From an uncultured Actinomycetota bacterium (GTDB lineage Bacteria; Actinomycetota; Thermoleophilia; RBG-16-64-13): DNA of 64,000 nucleotides. A program made the translations under genes and the position numbers. Of the stretch, positions 40,016 to 50,071 are shown piece after piece; position 1 is the stretch's first letter; the number at the start of each line of letters is the position of its first letter. The notes beneath the pieces are model-generated. The model did no database searches. It had not been told where the DNA came from and worked only from the letters and a program-made list of their open reading frames with translations. The stretch spans positions 886,998 through 950,997 of the forward strand of contig OY969565.1 of NCBI GenBank assembly GCA_963701105.1, read 5' to 3'.

Positions 40016-41299
40016 ATGTTGCTTCGGAACCTTTCCGCGGCGTCCCGGCGGGCATGGCCCCGTTCTCTCGGGAGCACGCGTCCCACACAAACAGCCGGAC
40101 GCCTCGCGGGGCGCCGAGTCCTTTTTCACACCACGCTTGCGGTCGCGGCTCTCGTTGCGCTCACCGTACTGAGTGCGGCGACGTTCGGCGCCCAGCCCGC
40201 GGTCGCCGCCACCACGCTCGCGCAGACGCAGGCCGAACTCAAGGCCGCAAAGGCCGAACTCAGTGCACGCCAAAGAGAGCTGGACAAGCTTGCCGAGCGG
40301 TATGGCGCTGCCCAGCACGACTTCGCCCGGACCGGAGATCGGCTCACCGAGGTCAAGGCCGAAGCCGATCGCGCCGCAGCTGACCTTGACACCATGCGGG
40401 CGCGTCTGAGCGATCGCCTGCGAGGCATCTACATGGACGGCGGAGCAGGCGGTCTTGCCGTTCTCGGCGTCTTCTTCGAAGGCGACTCTCTCTCGGGCAT
40501 CTTCAATCGCCTGGACATGCTGAGCCGTGTGCTCACCGGCGACGAGGACGTATTCGCGCAGGTCGAGACGCAGTTGGCCAAATTGGACGCTCTGCAGGCT
40601 GATCTGACGAGCACACAGAATCTGCAGGCCCAGCAGTTGGCAGAGATCGAGCAGGCGAACGAAGCCGCGATGAAGGCGCTCGAGGATAGTAAGGATGAGT
40701 ACAACTCCCTCCGGGAGCGGGTCCGCCGACTGGAGGAAGAGGCTCGAAAACAGGAGGAAGCCAAACGCCTGGCAGCCGAGCGCGCCCGCACGCAGGCGGC
40801 GGCACTGTCAGCCTCACGTAGTAGCTCATCCTCGGGCTCGTCGGGCTCCTCGAACTCCTCGGGCTCGTCGAGCGGGCGCGCGGTGAGCGGTTCCGGCTGG
40901 GTCTTCCCGGTACAGGGGCCGAACAGCTTCATCAATGACTGGGGCTTCAGTCGTTCTGGGGGCCGAACTCACAAAGGCACCGACATCATGACGGCGCGCA
41001 ACACCCCTGTCGTAGCCGTCGTCAACGGCGTGGTCTCACGGACCACTCCCACGGAGAGCGGCCTGGGCGGCATAACCATCTGGCTCCGGGGCAACGACGG
41101 CAACTCCTACTACTACGCGCACCTCACTTCGATCGCGTCCGGCATCAGAAGCGGCACGCGCGTCTCCGCCGGTCAGGTGATCGGCTACGCCGGGAACACC
41201 GGGAACGCCCGCGGAGGCGAGGTACATCTGCACTTCGAGATACACCCCGGTGGCGGCAGCGCCATCAATCCCTACCCCACGTTGATCGCCAACCGGTAA
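40016..41299 (+). CDS. Secreted M23-family metallopeptidase with N-terminal coiled coil and Ser-rich linker (PcsB/EnvC-like architecture)
   Basis: 427 aa. Signal/TM segment, coiled coil, Ser-rich linker, and M23 motifs (HKGTDI, YYYAHL, HLHFEIH). Confidence 0.85.
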   Translation: MLLRNLSAASRRAWPRSLGSTRPTQTAGRLAGRRVLFHTTLAVAALVALTVLSAATFGAQPAVAATTLAQTQAELKAAKAELSARQRELDKLAERYGAAQHDFARTGDRLTEVKAEADRAAADLDTMRARLSDRLRGIYMDGGAGGLAVLGVFFEGDSLSGIFNRLDMLSRVLTGDEDVFAQVETQLAKLDALQADLTSTQNLQAQQLAEIEQANEAAMKALEDSKDEYNSLRERVRRLEEEARKQEEAKRLAAERARTQAAALSASRSSSSSGSSGSSNSSGSSSGRAVSGSGWVFPVQGPNSFINDWGFSRSGGRTHKGTDIMTARNTPVVAVVNGVVSRTTPTESGLGGITIWLRGNDGNSYYYAHLTSIASGIRSGTRVSAGQVIGYAGNTGNARGGEVHLHFEIHPGGGSAINPYPTLIANR

Positions 41300-41415
41300 G
41301 GCACCAGGCGGCGCCGCGCACGGAAGCGACAGCCGCCGCCGCCGATCGCGGGGCAGGCACCACGCGCCACCCGCGGGTCCGCCGAAGCTACGGCCGCGGC
41401 CCGCCCTTCCACACT

Positions 41416-43419
41416 TCAATCCCAGGCGGCCACCGTCTCGCTCAACGACTCCCACTCGGGATTCAGCTCGGCCAGCTCATCCTTGATGGCAGTAGCCTCC
41501 TCGCTCGCACTCATGAGAAGTTCGTAGTCGGTGGCGTGGGCCGGGTCCGCCAGCAGCGCACCCAGTTCGAGTTGGCGCTCCTCCAGCGACATGATCCGCT
41601 TCTCCAACTGCCGATGGCGCCGCTGGATCTCCTTGCGCTCCCTGTAAGAGGGCGAACCCACACCTGGTTTGGTGGTGACCGACGACGATCCCCCGCCTCC
41701 CCCGTTCCCGGCGTTCTCGGTCCCGGCGTTCTCAATGCCGGCGGCCTCGATGCCGGCGGCCTCGTCCCGGCTGCCCAGGCGGGCGGTAGGGGCAGCCGTG
41801 CCCGCGCGACCCGACTTCCACTGGTAGTACTCCCAGTCGCCCAAGTAATGAGTGAGTTGCCCGGCCTTCACTTCGATGACTTCAGTGGCGATGGCGTTGA
41901 TGAGGTGCCGGTCATGGCTGATGAAGATCACGCTGCCCTCGAACTGGCGTAGAGCTTCGATCAGGACCTCCCGAGAAGCCATGTCCAGGTGGTTGGTGGG
42001 CTCGTCCAGGAGTAGAAGCCCTGCCGGGTCGAGGAGCATGGAGGCAAGGGCCAAGCGGGCCTTCTCCCCACCGGACAGCACCCCCACCTTCTTGTCCACG
42101 TCGTCGCCGGTAAAGAGGAAGGCGCCAAGGAAACCACGCACCATGAGCAGTTTGTCGACCGGCGCGGCCACATCCTCCATGGTCTTCAGTACGCTCCGGT
42201 CCGGATCGAAGACTTCCAGCTGGTGTTGCGCGAAGTACTCGCGGCGCACGTTGTGGCCAAGTGTCAACGTCCCTCCGTCGGGTTTGATGACCCCGGCCAG
42301 CAGCTTGAGCAGCGTGGACTTGCCGGCGCCGTTCGGCCCCACAAGGGCGATCTTCTGTCCCCGCTCCACGACCAGATCGAGCTTCTTGTAGACGACCGTG
42401 TCTCCGTACGCCTTGCGCACGTGCCTCAACTCCACCACCACGCGACCGGTCCGTCCCGGCTGCGGGAAGCGGAACTTGATCTTCTTGCGATCCAGGTTGG
42501 GCGCGTCGATGCGCTCCATCTTGTCCAGCTGCCGGATCTTCTGTTGCACCTGCTTGGCCTTGGTGTTCTTCGCCCGGAAGCGGCGCACGAAGCTCTCCGC
42601 CGACTCGATCTCCCGCTGCTGGTTCTTAGCGGCATTGGCCAGGGCCTCGTAGCGTTGTTGCTTCTCCACCTCGAAATGGTCGTAGTCGCCGGCGTAGAGG
42701 TCCATGACACCCCGGTCGAGTTCCACTATGTGCGTCACCATGCGGTTCAGGAAGTACCTGTCGTGGCTCACGATCACCAACGCTCCCGGCCATTCCAAGA
42801 GGAACTCCTCCAGCCAGAGCAGACTCTCGAGGTCCAGGTGGTTGGTGGGCTCGTCGAGGAGGAGGAGGTCGGGTGTCTCCATGAGTAGGCGAGCCAGCGC
42901 CACGCGCATGCGCCATCCTCCGGAGAGCTCGCGGATGGGACGCAGGAAGTCGTCGTCGCGGAAGCCCATGCCGCGCAGGATGCTCTGAGCGCGGGACTCG
43001 AGTTCGTACCCGTTGGCGTGCTCGAAGGCCGTCTGGAGCGTGCCCAGTTCGTGCATGAGGGCGTCGGCGTCTTCGGTGGAGCCACCGGTGTAGGCGGCGC
43101 CGATGCGGTCGCCCAGGTCTTTCAGTCGATGCTCCATGTCCAGGATGTCGGCGTAGGAGGTGAGCACCTCGTCGAGCACGGCATGGTCGGCGATCTCCTC
43201 GATCTCCTGGGGCAGAAAGCCGATGCGCAGGCCTTTGCGGGCGTTTATCTCTCCCTCGTCCAGGGACATCTCCCCCGCCAAGATGCGGAGCAGCGTGGTC
43301 TTGCCGGCGCCGTTCGGGCCCACCAGACCGATGCGCATGCCGGGACGGATGTGCAGGCTCGCCTGGTCGAGGATGACCTGGGTGCCAAATGACTTGGTGA
43401 TCTCAGTGATGTGAATCAT
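41416..43419 (-). CDS. ABC-F family ATPase (Uup/YheS-like translation factor type)
   Basis: 667 aa. Two NBDs (GPNGAGKTT and GPNGAGKST), no TM domain, and a coiled-coil C-terminus. Confidence 0.9.
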   Translation of the reverse strand: MIHITEITKSFGTQVILDQASLHIRPGMRIGLVGPNGAGKTTLLRILAGEMSLDEGEINARKGLRIGFLPQEIEEIADHAVLDEVLTSYADILDMEHRLKDLGDRIGAAYTGGSTEDADALMHELGTLQTAFEHANGYELESRAQSILRGMGFRDDDFLRPIRELSGGWRMRVALARLLMETPDLLLLDEPTNHLDLESLLWLEEFLLEWPGALVIVSHDRYFLNRMVTHIVELDRGVMDLYAGDYDHFEVEKQQRYEALANAAKNQQREIESAESFVRRFRAKNTKAKQVQQKIRQLDKMERIDAPNLDRKKIKFRFPQPGRTGRVVVELRHVRKAYGDTVVYKKLDLVVERGQKIALVGPNGAGKSTLLKLLAGVIKPDGGTLTLGHNVRREYFAQHQLEVFDPDRSVLKTMEDVAAPVDKLLMVRGFLGAFLFTGDDVDKKVGVLSGGEKARLALASMLLDPAGLLLLDEPTNHLDMASREVLIEALRQFEGSVIFISHDRHLINAIATEVIEVKAGQLTHYLGDWEYYQWKSGRAGTAAPTARLGSRDEAAGIEAAGIENAGTENAGNGGGGGSSSVTTKPGVGSPSYRERKEIQRRHRQLEKRIMSLEERQLELGALLADPAHATDYELLMSASEEATAIKDELAELNPEWESLSETVAAWD

Positions 43420-43560
43420 GACCCGGGAAGGATAGCAGGATGACGGCGCCCCGCCCGCAGATGGGCTTCGACGATATGGGCGCGTGGTGCTGCGGGCCGC
43501 GATCGCGCGCGTGAGCCCGGTGCCTCGAGCGCCGACGAGTGAGGATGGCTGCCCGGGACT

Positions 43561-44460
43561 CTAGGAGCGGGCTCCGCCCGGCGCAGATTCCTCGGGGCTG
43601 TCGTCCCAGAACAAGGGGCGGCCGGCCGACTCAGGGATGGCCCCCAATTCCTCGGCGCGGCTTAGAAGGTGGCGGATGGCCGCCTCGCCTTCGCGCCCGT
43701 AGTCCAGCGAGAAGTCGTTCACGTAGAGGTCGATGTGCTCGCGACACACATCCGGGTCCATCTCCTGCGCATGGCGACGGATGTAAGCGCTCGAAGCGTC
43801 AGGGTCGACGCGCGCGGCTTCAAGACTGCGCCGCACGGCGTCGTCCACGCCCCGCGCCAGGTCCTGCCCTAGATCGCGCCGCACGACGATACATCCGAGG
43901 GGGATCGGGTGACCGGTGATCCGCTCCCACCAATCTCCCAGGTCGAGCAGACTGCGCAACCCCTGCTGCGCGTAGGTGAAGCGACCCTCGTGGATGATCA
44001 CGCCGGCGTCGACCTCTTCCCTCCGCACGGCCCCCATGATGCGATCGAACGGCATCGGAACCAACTCGCCGACGTCGGGCGCGTAGAGTCGCAACAGCAG
44101 GGCGGCGGTGGTCAGCTCCCCGGGTATGGCCACCCTGCGGCCCGCCATGACCCGCGACGGGCCGCCGCCGTTGGTCAGTCTAAGAGGAGATTCCGGTCTC
44201 ACAAGAACGATTGGTCCACACCCCCGCCCGAGGGCCCCGCCCGCGTGCAGCAGGGCATATCGAGCCCGTAGGTGAGCCAAGGCGTGGAAGGAGACCTTGG
44301 CTACGTCCGGCTCGCCCCGGAGCGCCATGGCATTCAGTTCGTCTATGTCGGCGAGCACCTCTCGCACCGCGGGGGCTCCCGCCACCAGCCCGTGGACCCA
44401 GGCGTGGAAGATGTAGGTGTCGTTGGGACACGGCGAGTAGCACAGGGTCAGGGCATCCAC
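43561..44460 (-). CDS. mqnD: 1,4-dihydroxy-6-naphthoate synthase (futalosine pathway)
   Basis: 299 aa. N-terminal YSPCPNDTYIFHAW motif typical of MqnD. Confidence 0.85.
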   Translation of the reverse strand: MDALTLCYSPCPNDTYIFHAWVHGLVAGAPAVREVLADIDELNAMALRGEPDVAKVSFHALAHLRARYALLHAGGALGRGCGPIVLVRPESPLRLTNGGGPSRVMAGRRVAIPGELTTAALLLRLYAPDVGELVPMPFDRIMGAVRREEVDAGVIIHEGRFTYAQQGLRSLLDLGDWWERITGHPIPLGCIVVRRDLGQDLARGVDDAVRRSLEAARVDPDASSAYIRRHAQEMDPDVCREHIDLYVNDFSLDYGREGEAAIRHLLSRAEELGAIPESAGRPLFWDDSPEESAPGGARS

Positions 44461-45341
44461 GTGGTCCCTCCTTCCGCCAAGTCGCCCTCCGCGCCCTCGT
44501 CGTCTCCGTCGGCCCCGCTCGCCACCAACACCTCGTCCAGTCGTGCGCAGACCATGAGCGTCGCCTCAGCGGCGCGAGCGGCCGCCTCCTCCACCTTCCA
44601 GGAGTCACGATCCCGATCCACCAGGAGGTTGCTGATCCCCCGCACCTCGAGGAAGGGCACGCCGTAGAGAGCGCAGATGTGTGCAGCGGCAGCACCTTCC
44701 ATCGACTCTGCTATTCCGCCCCAGCGGGCCTCAAGAAGAGCCGCCGCCGCGCTGGTTCCTGTCACCTGCGACGCCGTCAGGAAAGGTCCGGTCATGACGC
44801 GGGGTGTCTCTCCGTCCCATGGCCCGGCTCTAAAGACGCGGGCTGCCGCCTCGACCAGGCCCGGGTCCAACGGGAAGGTGTTGTGCCGTGGGACTCCACC
44901 TACGACAGCCAGTGGTTCGGCGAACGCCTCGGCCGACTGCGAGCCCTCAGGAGAGACGACTCCCAGGTCGGCATACGTATCAGACGTGGCCACCGCCAGA
45001 TCTCCCACCCGGAGCCCCGAGGACGGGAGAGCTCCCGCCACTCCCGTCTGAACGACGAGTCTCGGGCAGCCTGCCTCCAGCAAGCACGTGAGCGCATGCG
45101 CGGCGTTGACTTTGTCGTAGCCTGACACGAGGAGCACCGTCCGGATCGTCCGAGCAGACGAGGCCAGATTACCCACCCACCAAGGTCTACCCGCCACTTC
45201 CAGGCGCTGGGTACCGGTCAATCGGTCGACCAGAGGCCCCATCTCGATCTGCGTTGCGGCCACCGCCGCCAGTTCGATGCCCTCGAGGAAAGCATGCAAC
45301 TCGCGTGCATCCGGTTGTCTACAAGGCACCGCCTCATCCAC
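44448..45341 (-). CDS. mqnB: Futalosine hydrolase (PNP/UDP_1 nucleosidase family)
   Basis: 297 aa. Motifs TGVAGAL and ESMEGAAAAHIC ... EVRGISN. Overlaps mqnD by 13 nt. Confidence 0.8.
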   Translation of the reverse strand: MDEAVPCRQPDARELHAFLEGIELAAVAATQIEMGPLVDRLTGTQRLEVAGRPWWVGNLASSARTIRTVLLVSGYDKVNAAHALTCLLEAGCPRLVVQTGVAGALPSSGLRVGDLAVATSDTYADLGVVSPEGSQSAEAFAEPLAVVGGVPRHNTFPLDPGLVEAAARVFRAGPWDGETPRVMTGPFLTASQVTGTSAAAALLEARWGGIAESMEGAAAAHICALYGVPFLEVRGISNLLVDRDRDSWKVEEAAARAAEATLMVCARLDEVLVASGADGDDEGAEGDLAEGGTTWMP

Positions 45342-45361
45342 GATCTGCCTCTACCCCCCGG

Positions 45362-46888
45362 TCAGGCGCCCTCTAGGAGCAGCAGATCCGGATCTTCCAG
45401 GTAGCTGATCACCAGATTCAGGAAGCGCGTCGCCTCGGCTCCGTCGACCACCTGGTGGTCGTAGGTGAGGGACAGCGGCAGCATCTGGCGTATGACCACC
45501 TCTCCCTTGTGCACCACGGGCGTATCGCGCACCCTCCCCATCCCCAGGACGGAGATCTCTGGGTAATTGGTAACAGGCGTGGCATACAAGCCGCCGATGG
45601 CGCCGTAATTGGTCACCGTGAAGGTGCCTCCGCGCAACTCGGCGAGCTCGACACGCCTGTCCTGTGCCCGTTCCACCAGGTCCACGATCTCTTCGGCGAG
45701 TTGGAATATGCCCTTCGAGTCGGCGTCCTTGATGTTCGGAACCACCAGGCCCGCCTTCGTGTCGATGGCGATGCCGATGTTGTAGTAGCGCTTCAGCACG
45801 AGCTCCTCGCAATCCTCCCGTAGCACTGAGTTCAACCGGGGGAAGCGTCGCAGCGCTGCGGCCACCGACTTGATCACGAACGCCAGGTAGGTGAGGCGGA
45901 CTCCCCGCTCGGCGGCCAGGGTCCTCTCCTTCTCGCGGATCCGGCGGATCACCGTGATATCGGCTTCCTCGGTCGTGGTCACCTGCGCCTGCTTCGCCAG
46001 GGACTCGGACATGCGCCGCGCCATCGTCCGGCGGATGCCGCGCATCGCCACGCGCTCAACGACCCCGTGCTCGTCCTGATCGATGGCGCCGTCCATCCAG
46101 GGCTCGGCCTGCGCGACTTCCCCGACCGCCACGGCCGGCGCCGAGACCGACGGGCGACCGTAGACCCCGGCCTCCGCGTGGTCTTCTACGTCCTGCCGCA
46201 GGATGCGGCCGCCGGGGCCGGTACCGTGGATAGTGCTGAGATCCACGTGGAGTTCCTTCGCCAGCGCGCGCACCGAGGGCATGGCCTCGACTCTTATGGT
46301 CGAATCCTCGTCGGCGGGCCGACCGCGCCCGGCGGGCGCTGCGCCGGCCTTCCCGGCCTCCGCGGGCTCCTCGGGCTCATCAGGCGCTTCTTCCAGATGA
46401 CCTATGACCGAGCCTGTGTAGAACTCCTCCTCCTCCTGCACCTGGCTGGCCGGCGGCGGAGGCGGCACGGGTCGCGCTCGCTGCTCGGTGGGCGGCGCCG
46501 GAGTGGGCTCCTCCTTCGCGGGGGCCTTCTCCGAAGGGGCGCCGGCGGCGGCCTCCGTGGGCTCCTCGCCGGCGGCGGGCTCCTCGGGAGCCTCCGCCGG
46601 CGCCTTGGCTGCCTCAGTGGGCTTCGCCGCGGCCGGCGCCTCCGCCGCCGCGCCCTCCTCGATGGTCACGATCACCTGCCCCACCTCGATGGTCTCCCCT
46701 TCTTCGGCGTGGAGCTTCACGATGCGACCCGCGCGGGGAGAGGGCATCTCTACCACGGCCTTGTCGGTCTCCACCTCGGCGAGGGTCTGATCCTCGACCA
46801 CCACGTCGCCCTCTTTCACCTTCCAGGCGAGGAGTTCCCCCTCGGTGATGCCTTCGCCTACGTCCGGGAACTTGAACTCGAATGCCAT
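45362..46888 (-). CDS. 2-oxoacid dehydrogenase E2 (dihydrolipoamide acyltransferase)
   Basis: 508 aa. Lipoyl domain (ETDKAVVEMPSP), Ala/Pro linkers, E3-binding domain, and catalytic DHQVVDG. Confidence 0.9.
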   Translation of the reverse strand: MAFEFKFPDVGEGITEGELLAWKVKEGDVVVEDQTLAEVETDKAVVEMPSPRAGRIVKLHAEEGETIEVGQVIVTIEEGAAAEAPAAAKPTEAAKAPAEAPEEPAAGEEPTEAAAGAPSEKAPAKEEPTPAPPTEQRARPVPPPPPASQVQEEEEFYTGSVIGHLEEAPDEPEEPAEAGKAGAAPAGRGRPADEDSTIRVEAMPSVRALAKELHVDLSTIHGTGPGGRILRQDVEDHAEAGVYGRPSVSAPAVAVGEVAQAEPWMDGAIDQDEHGVVERVAMRGIRRTMARRMSESLAKQAQVTTTEEADITVIRRIREKERTLAAERGVRLTYLAFVIKSVAAALRRFPRLNSVLREDCEELVLKRYYNIGIAIDTKAGLVVPNIKDADSKGIFQLAEEIVDLVERAQDRRVELAELRGGTFTVTNYGAIGGLYATPVTNYPEISVLGMGRVRDTPVVHKGEVVIRQMLPLSLTYDHQVVDGAEATRFLNLVISYLEDPDLLLLEGA

Positions 46889-46890
46889 GA

Positions 46891-47871
46891 TCAGAACTCC
46901 ATCGTCGCGATGACCTCGTCGACCACCCGGTCGACGCTGGGCTGATAGTAGTCCTCCAACTTGGACAACGGCGGGACCGTATCGAACCCCGCCACTCTTC
47001 TCACCGGGGCCTCAAGATGCAGGATGGCCCGTTCCATCAGTTGTGCCGACACTTCCGAAGCGAACCCGCCCGAGAGCGGTGATTCCTGCACGACCACCGC
47101 CCTGCCGGTCTTGATCACGCTGCTGGTGACGGTCTCGAAATCGAAGGGAGAGAGCGTCCGCAGGTCGATCACCTCGATGTCGTAGCCCTTGTCGTCACTC
47201 AAGCGCTCCGCCGCCTCCTTGATCGTGCGCACGTGCGCCCCCCAGGAGATCAAGCTGAGGTCGGTCCCCTCGCGCACCACCCGGGCCTCCCCCAAAGGTA
47301 TCGTGTATTGCTCCTCGGGCACGTCCATCTTGATAGCCCGGTAGACCCGCGCCGGCTCGAAGAACACCACCGGATCAGGGTCGCGGATAGCCGAGGTGAG
47401 CAGGCCTTTGGCTTCGTAGGGATCGGAGGGGATGACCACCTTTATCCCCGGGATGTGCGCGAACACCGCTTCCATGCTCTCGGAGTGGTGCTCCAATGCC
47501 CGGATACCCCCGCCGTAAGGCATGCGCACCACCATGGGCACCGTCCTCTGGCCGCGGCTCCGGTTACGCATCCGGGCGGCGTGGGAGATGATCTGATCGT
47601 AAGCCGGATAGGCGAAGCCCGAGAACTGGATCTCGGCGACGGGGCGGAAACCGCCGACGGCCATGCCGATAGCGAACCCCACGATGCCCGACTCGGCGAG
47701 CGGTGTGTCGATGACCCTGGATTCACCGTAGCGTTCGACCAGACCGTTCGTGACCCGGAACACGCCTCCGTCCTTGCCCACGTCTTCCCCGATCACCACT
47801 ACCGTGGGGTCCTGCTCCATCTCTTGGGTGAGAGCTTGACCGATCGCATCCACCATGTTGAGACGGGCCAC
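46891..47871 (-). CDS. 2-oxoacid dehydrogenase E1 beta subunit
   Basis: 326 aa. Transketolase-like pyrimidine-binding and C-terminal domains. Confidence 0.92.
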   Translation of the reverse strand: MARLNMVDAIGQALTQEMEQDPTVVVIGEDVGKDGGVFRVTNGLVERYGESRVIDTPLAESGIVGFAIGMAVGGFRPVAEIQFSGFAYPAYDQIISHAARMRNRSRGQRTVPMVVRMPYGGGIRALEHHSESMEAVFAHIPGIKVVIPSDPYEAKGLLTSAIRDPDPVVFFEPARVYRAIKMDVPEEQYTIPLGEARVVREGTDLSLISWGAHVRTIKEAAERLSDDKGYDIEVIDLRTLSPFDFETVTSSVIKTGRAVVVQESPLSGGFASEVSAQLMERAILHLEAPVRRVAGFDTVPPLSKLEDYYQPSVDRVVDEVIATMEF

Positions 47872-47872
47872 T

Positions 47873-48952
47873 CTAGCTGCCCTCCTTCAACCGAGCAAGG
47901 AGGCGGTCGCGCTGCTCCGCCAAGGGCGGTGTGATCTCAGCGAACACGTGGGCGAAGATCTCTTCCGGCGGCGGCGGATCGATGGCCTCGAAGGCGGTCA
48001 CGGCTTCCGCGACTTTGGCTTCCGCGTCCGCCCAGGCCGCTTCTTCGGCCTTGTCGTCCAGTAAACCCTGCTTCTTCATGTAGGCGGCCAGCCGGGTGAT
48101 GGGATCGCGTTCGCGCCACGCGGCCACCTCCTCTTCGTCGCGGTAGCGGCGCGCGTCGTCGGAAGTGGTGTGGTCGGTCATCCTGTACGTGTGTGCCTCG
48201 ATCAGGGAGGGACCACCGCCGGAGCGGGCCCGCTCGAGAGCCTCGCTCACCGTCTTGTACACCGCGAACACGTCATTGCCGTCTACCTGCACGCCCGGCA
48301 TGCCGTAGGCCACCGCTTTCTGCGCCACAGTGCACGACTGGGTCTGCTTGTAGTAGGGCAAGGAGATGGCCCACTGGTTGTTCTGGCACAGGAACACCAC
48401 CGGCGATTGGAACACCGCGGCGAAGTTCATAGCCTCGCTGAAGTCCCCCTCGGAGGTCGCACCCTCGCCGAACACGGTGAGGACCGCTGAGCGCTCTTTC
48501 TTCTGTTTCATCGCCCAGCCGAGGCCGGCAGCATGCAACATGTGTGTGCCCACCGGTATCGACGCAGGCAGCATGCGCACGCCCTCGGGGAACGTATTAC
48601 CGCGCTCGTCGCCCGCCCAGTACTGCAGCACTCCGGCCATTGCCACGCCCCGCACCAAGAAAGCGCCGGCTTCGCGGAAGGCGGGCACCATCCAGTCGTC
48701 GTCCTCCAGGGCGAAAGCGGCGCCCACATGCGCTCCCTCCTGACCCGCTACTCGGGCGAACGTGCCCATGCGCCCCTGGCGCTGCAGGTTGAGCATCCGC
48801 TCGTCGAAGCGCCGCGTAAGCACCATGAAGTCGTACAGCGTCCGGATCTGCTCGGCAGATAGGTCAGGCATGAGCGATTCGTCGACGTCGCCGGCCACAT
48901 CCATGACCTCGATCCGATCGACGGAGTACGTCACCAACGTGGTTACCGGCAC
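47873..48952 (-). CDS. 2-oxoacid dehydrogenase E1 alpha subunit (TPP-dependent)
   Basis: 359 aa. TPP-binding motif (GEGATSEGDF ... NN). Confidence 0.9.
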   Translation of the reverse strand: MPVTTLVTYSVDRIEVMDVAGDVDESLMPDLSAEQIRTLYDFMVLTRRFDERMLNLQRQGRMGTFARVAGQEGAHVGAAFALEDDDWMVPAFREAGAFLVRGVAMAGVLQYWAGDERGNTFPEGVRMLPASIPVGTHMLHAAGLGWAMKQKKERSAVLTVFGEGATSEGDFSEAMNFAAVFQSPVVFLCQNNQWAISLPYYKQTQSCTVAQKAVAYGMPGVQVDGNDVFAVYKTVSEALERARSGGGPSLIEAHTYRMTDHTTSDDARRYRDEEEVAAWRERDPITRLAAYMKKQGLLDDKAEEAAWADAEAKVAEAVTAFEAIDPPPPEEIFAHVFAEITPPLAEQRDRLLARLKEGS

Positions 48953-49044
48953 CTGCTACCTCCTCGAGTCGCTCACCAGTGGTATACTCTCCTCCGGCCA
49001 TGCGGCTCTGCCCGCGATTTGTGGCCTGGAAGGAGGTGTGGGTT

Positions 49045-49185
49045 TATGCGCCACACTCAAACGTGCGACCATTGTCGCACCGAGATCCCCATCTTCGCCT
49101 GGGTTTGTCCCAGTTGTGAAGCGTGGGTCGGGGAAATCACCCGACACGACGCCCAGGGGTCTCGAGCGGAACAGATATCCGGATG
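49045..49185 (+). CDS. Hypothetical 46-aa zinc-ribbon mini-protein
   Basis: Not in the ORF track because it is under 60 aa. GGAAGGAGG lies 9 nt before the ATG. Sequence MRHTQTCDHCRTEIPIFAWVCPSCEAW... contains CxxC-N10-CxxC. A terminator follows at 49227..49247. Confidence 0.45.
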
Positions 49186-49226
49186 ATGATCCGGAATCGT
49201 TCCAGGACCTAGGGTCCGAACAAGGA

Positions 49227-49247
49227 GAGCCCCGCGGGGGCTTTTTT
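49227..49247 (+). terminator. Rho-independent terminator (AGCCCC-GCG-GGGGCT + T7)
   Basis: GC stem followed by TTTTTTT, read from the sequence. Confidence 0.6.
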
Positions 49248-49300
49248 TGTTGGGTCGCTGATTCCAGCCTTCCTCCTCGGGACGCGCCCTAGCCGTGCGT

Positions 49301-50071
49301 TCAACCCTTCCCAACCTCAGGCGCCCGTAGTCCTCGCTTCGCCTCGTACCCGTTCCTCACGAAGACCGAGGGGTGCTTGAAGTGCCTGCCGACATACTCG
49401 TCGATCAGGCGATCCACCAGAGCCACGGGATCGGGGTCGTAGACGATGACCGCCCCCGTGTCTTTGTCTATGGTCTCGACCAACTGCGGGATGATGTCGG
49501 CGATCCCGCCGCTCCCTTCCAAGACCCCGATGAGTTTGGCCTCGTCGTAGGCGATGGCGAACTCCCCGAGCGTGCCGGAGTGCCCGTTGACGATGGCCAC
49601 CATATCGCTCGAGCGGATGTTGACGATCTCGCGTCCCATGAGCCCGCTCCCCGTATAGATGATCACGTCGAAGTAGTCCGCGGGCGACTTGTAGTAGTCC
49701 TGGTGTTCGTCGAGGCTGAGGGCCGGTGAGATGCCCACCGAGAGACCGCCCTCGGACTGAACGCCGCGGGCCGACTCCCAAGGGAGTCCCGGCGCCGCCC
49801 CGGTCACGAGCACGAGACCCCGTCGCGCCGCGGCCGCCCCGAGTTCGAACGCCGCTGCGGCCACCTCCGGACCGAACGAACCCGAGGCGGCCCCCATCAC
49901 GCCGAGTCGGAGCCGTGCCGTCTTGACCTTGGCCGCGTAGGCCTCCGGATCGGCGCAAAAAATGTCCCGATCGGTCTCGGAGCAGAAGTAGAAGATACGC
50001 CCGCCGTGAAAAGCGGCCGCCTTTGCCTCCTTCTCCTGGATCCGCCTGCCACACACCGGGTCGATGGTCAT
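49301..50071 (-). CDS. YHS-domain :: LOG/TIGR00725-like Rossmann-fold fusion protein
   Basis: 256 aa. The N-terminal ~45 aa are YHS-like (DPVCGRRI ... GGRIFYFCSE ... ADPEAY). The remainder is LOG/SLOG-like (GVMGAASG, LVTGAAPG, GHSGTLGEF). Confidence 0.7.
   Translation of the reverse strand: MTIDPVCGRRIQEKEAKAAAFHGGRIFYFCSETDRDIFCADPEAYAAKVKTARLRLGVMGAASGSFGPEVAAAAFELGAAAARRGLVLVTGAAPGLPWESARGVQSEGGLSVGISPALSLDEHQDYYKSPADYFDVIIYTGSGLMGREIVNIRSSDMVAIVNGHSGTLGEFAIAYDEAKLIGVLEGSGGIADIIPQLVETIDKDTGAVIVYDPDPVALVDRLIDEYVGRHFKHPSVFVRNGYEAKRGLRAPEVGKG

Noticed and set aside
41690-41770. Short 15-bp-like repeats (AGIEAAGIENAGTENAGN) in the ABC-F gene, and Ala/Pro- or Ser-rich tracts in the E2 (about 46380..46680) and M23 (about 40810..40880) genes.
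   Set aside because: These are ordinary low-complexity interdomain linkers in these families and are not separate features.
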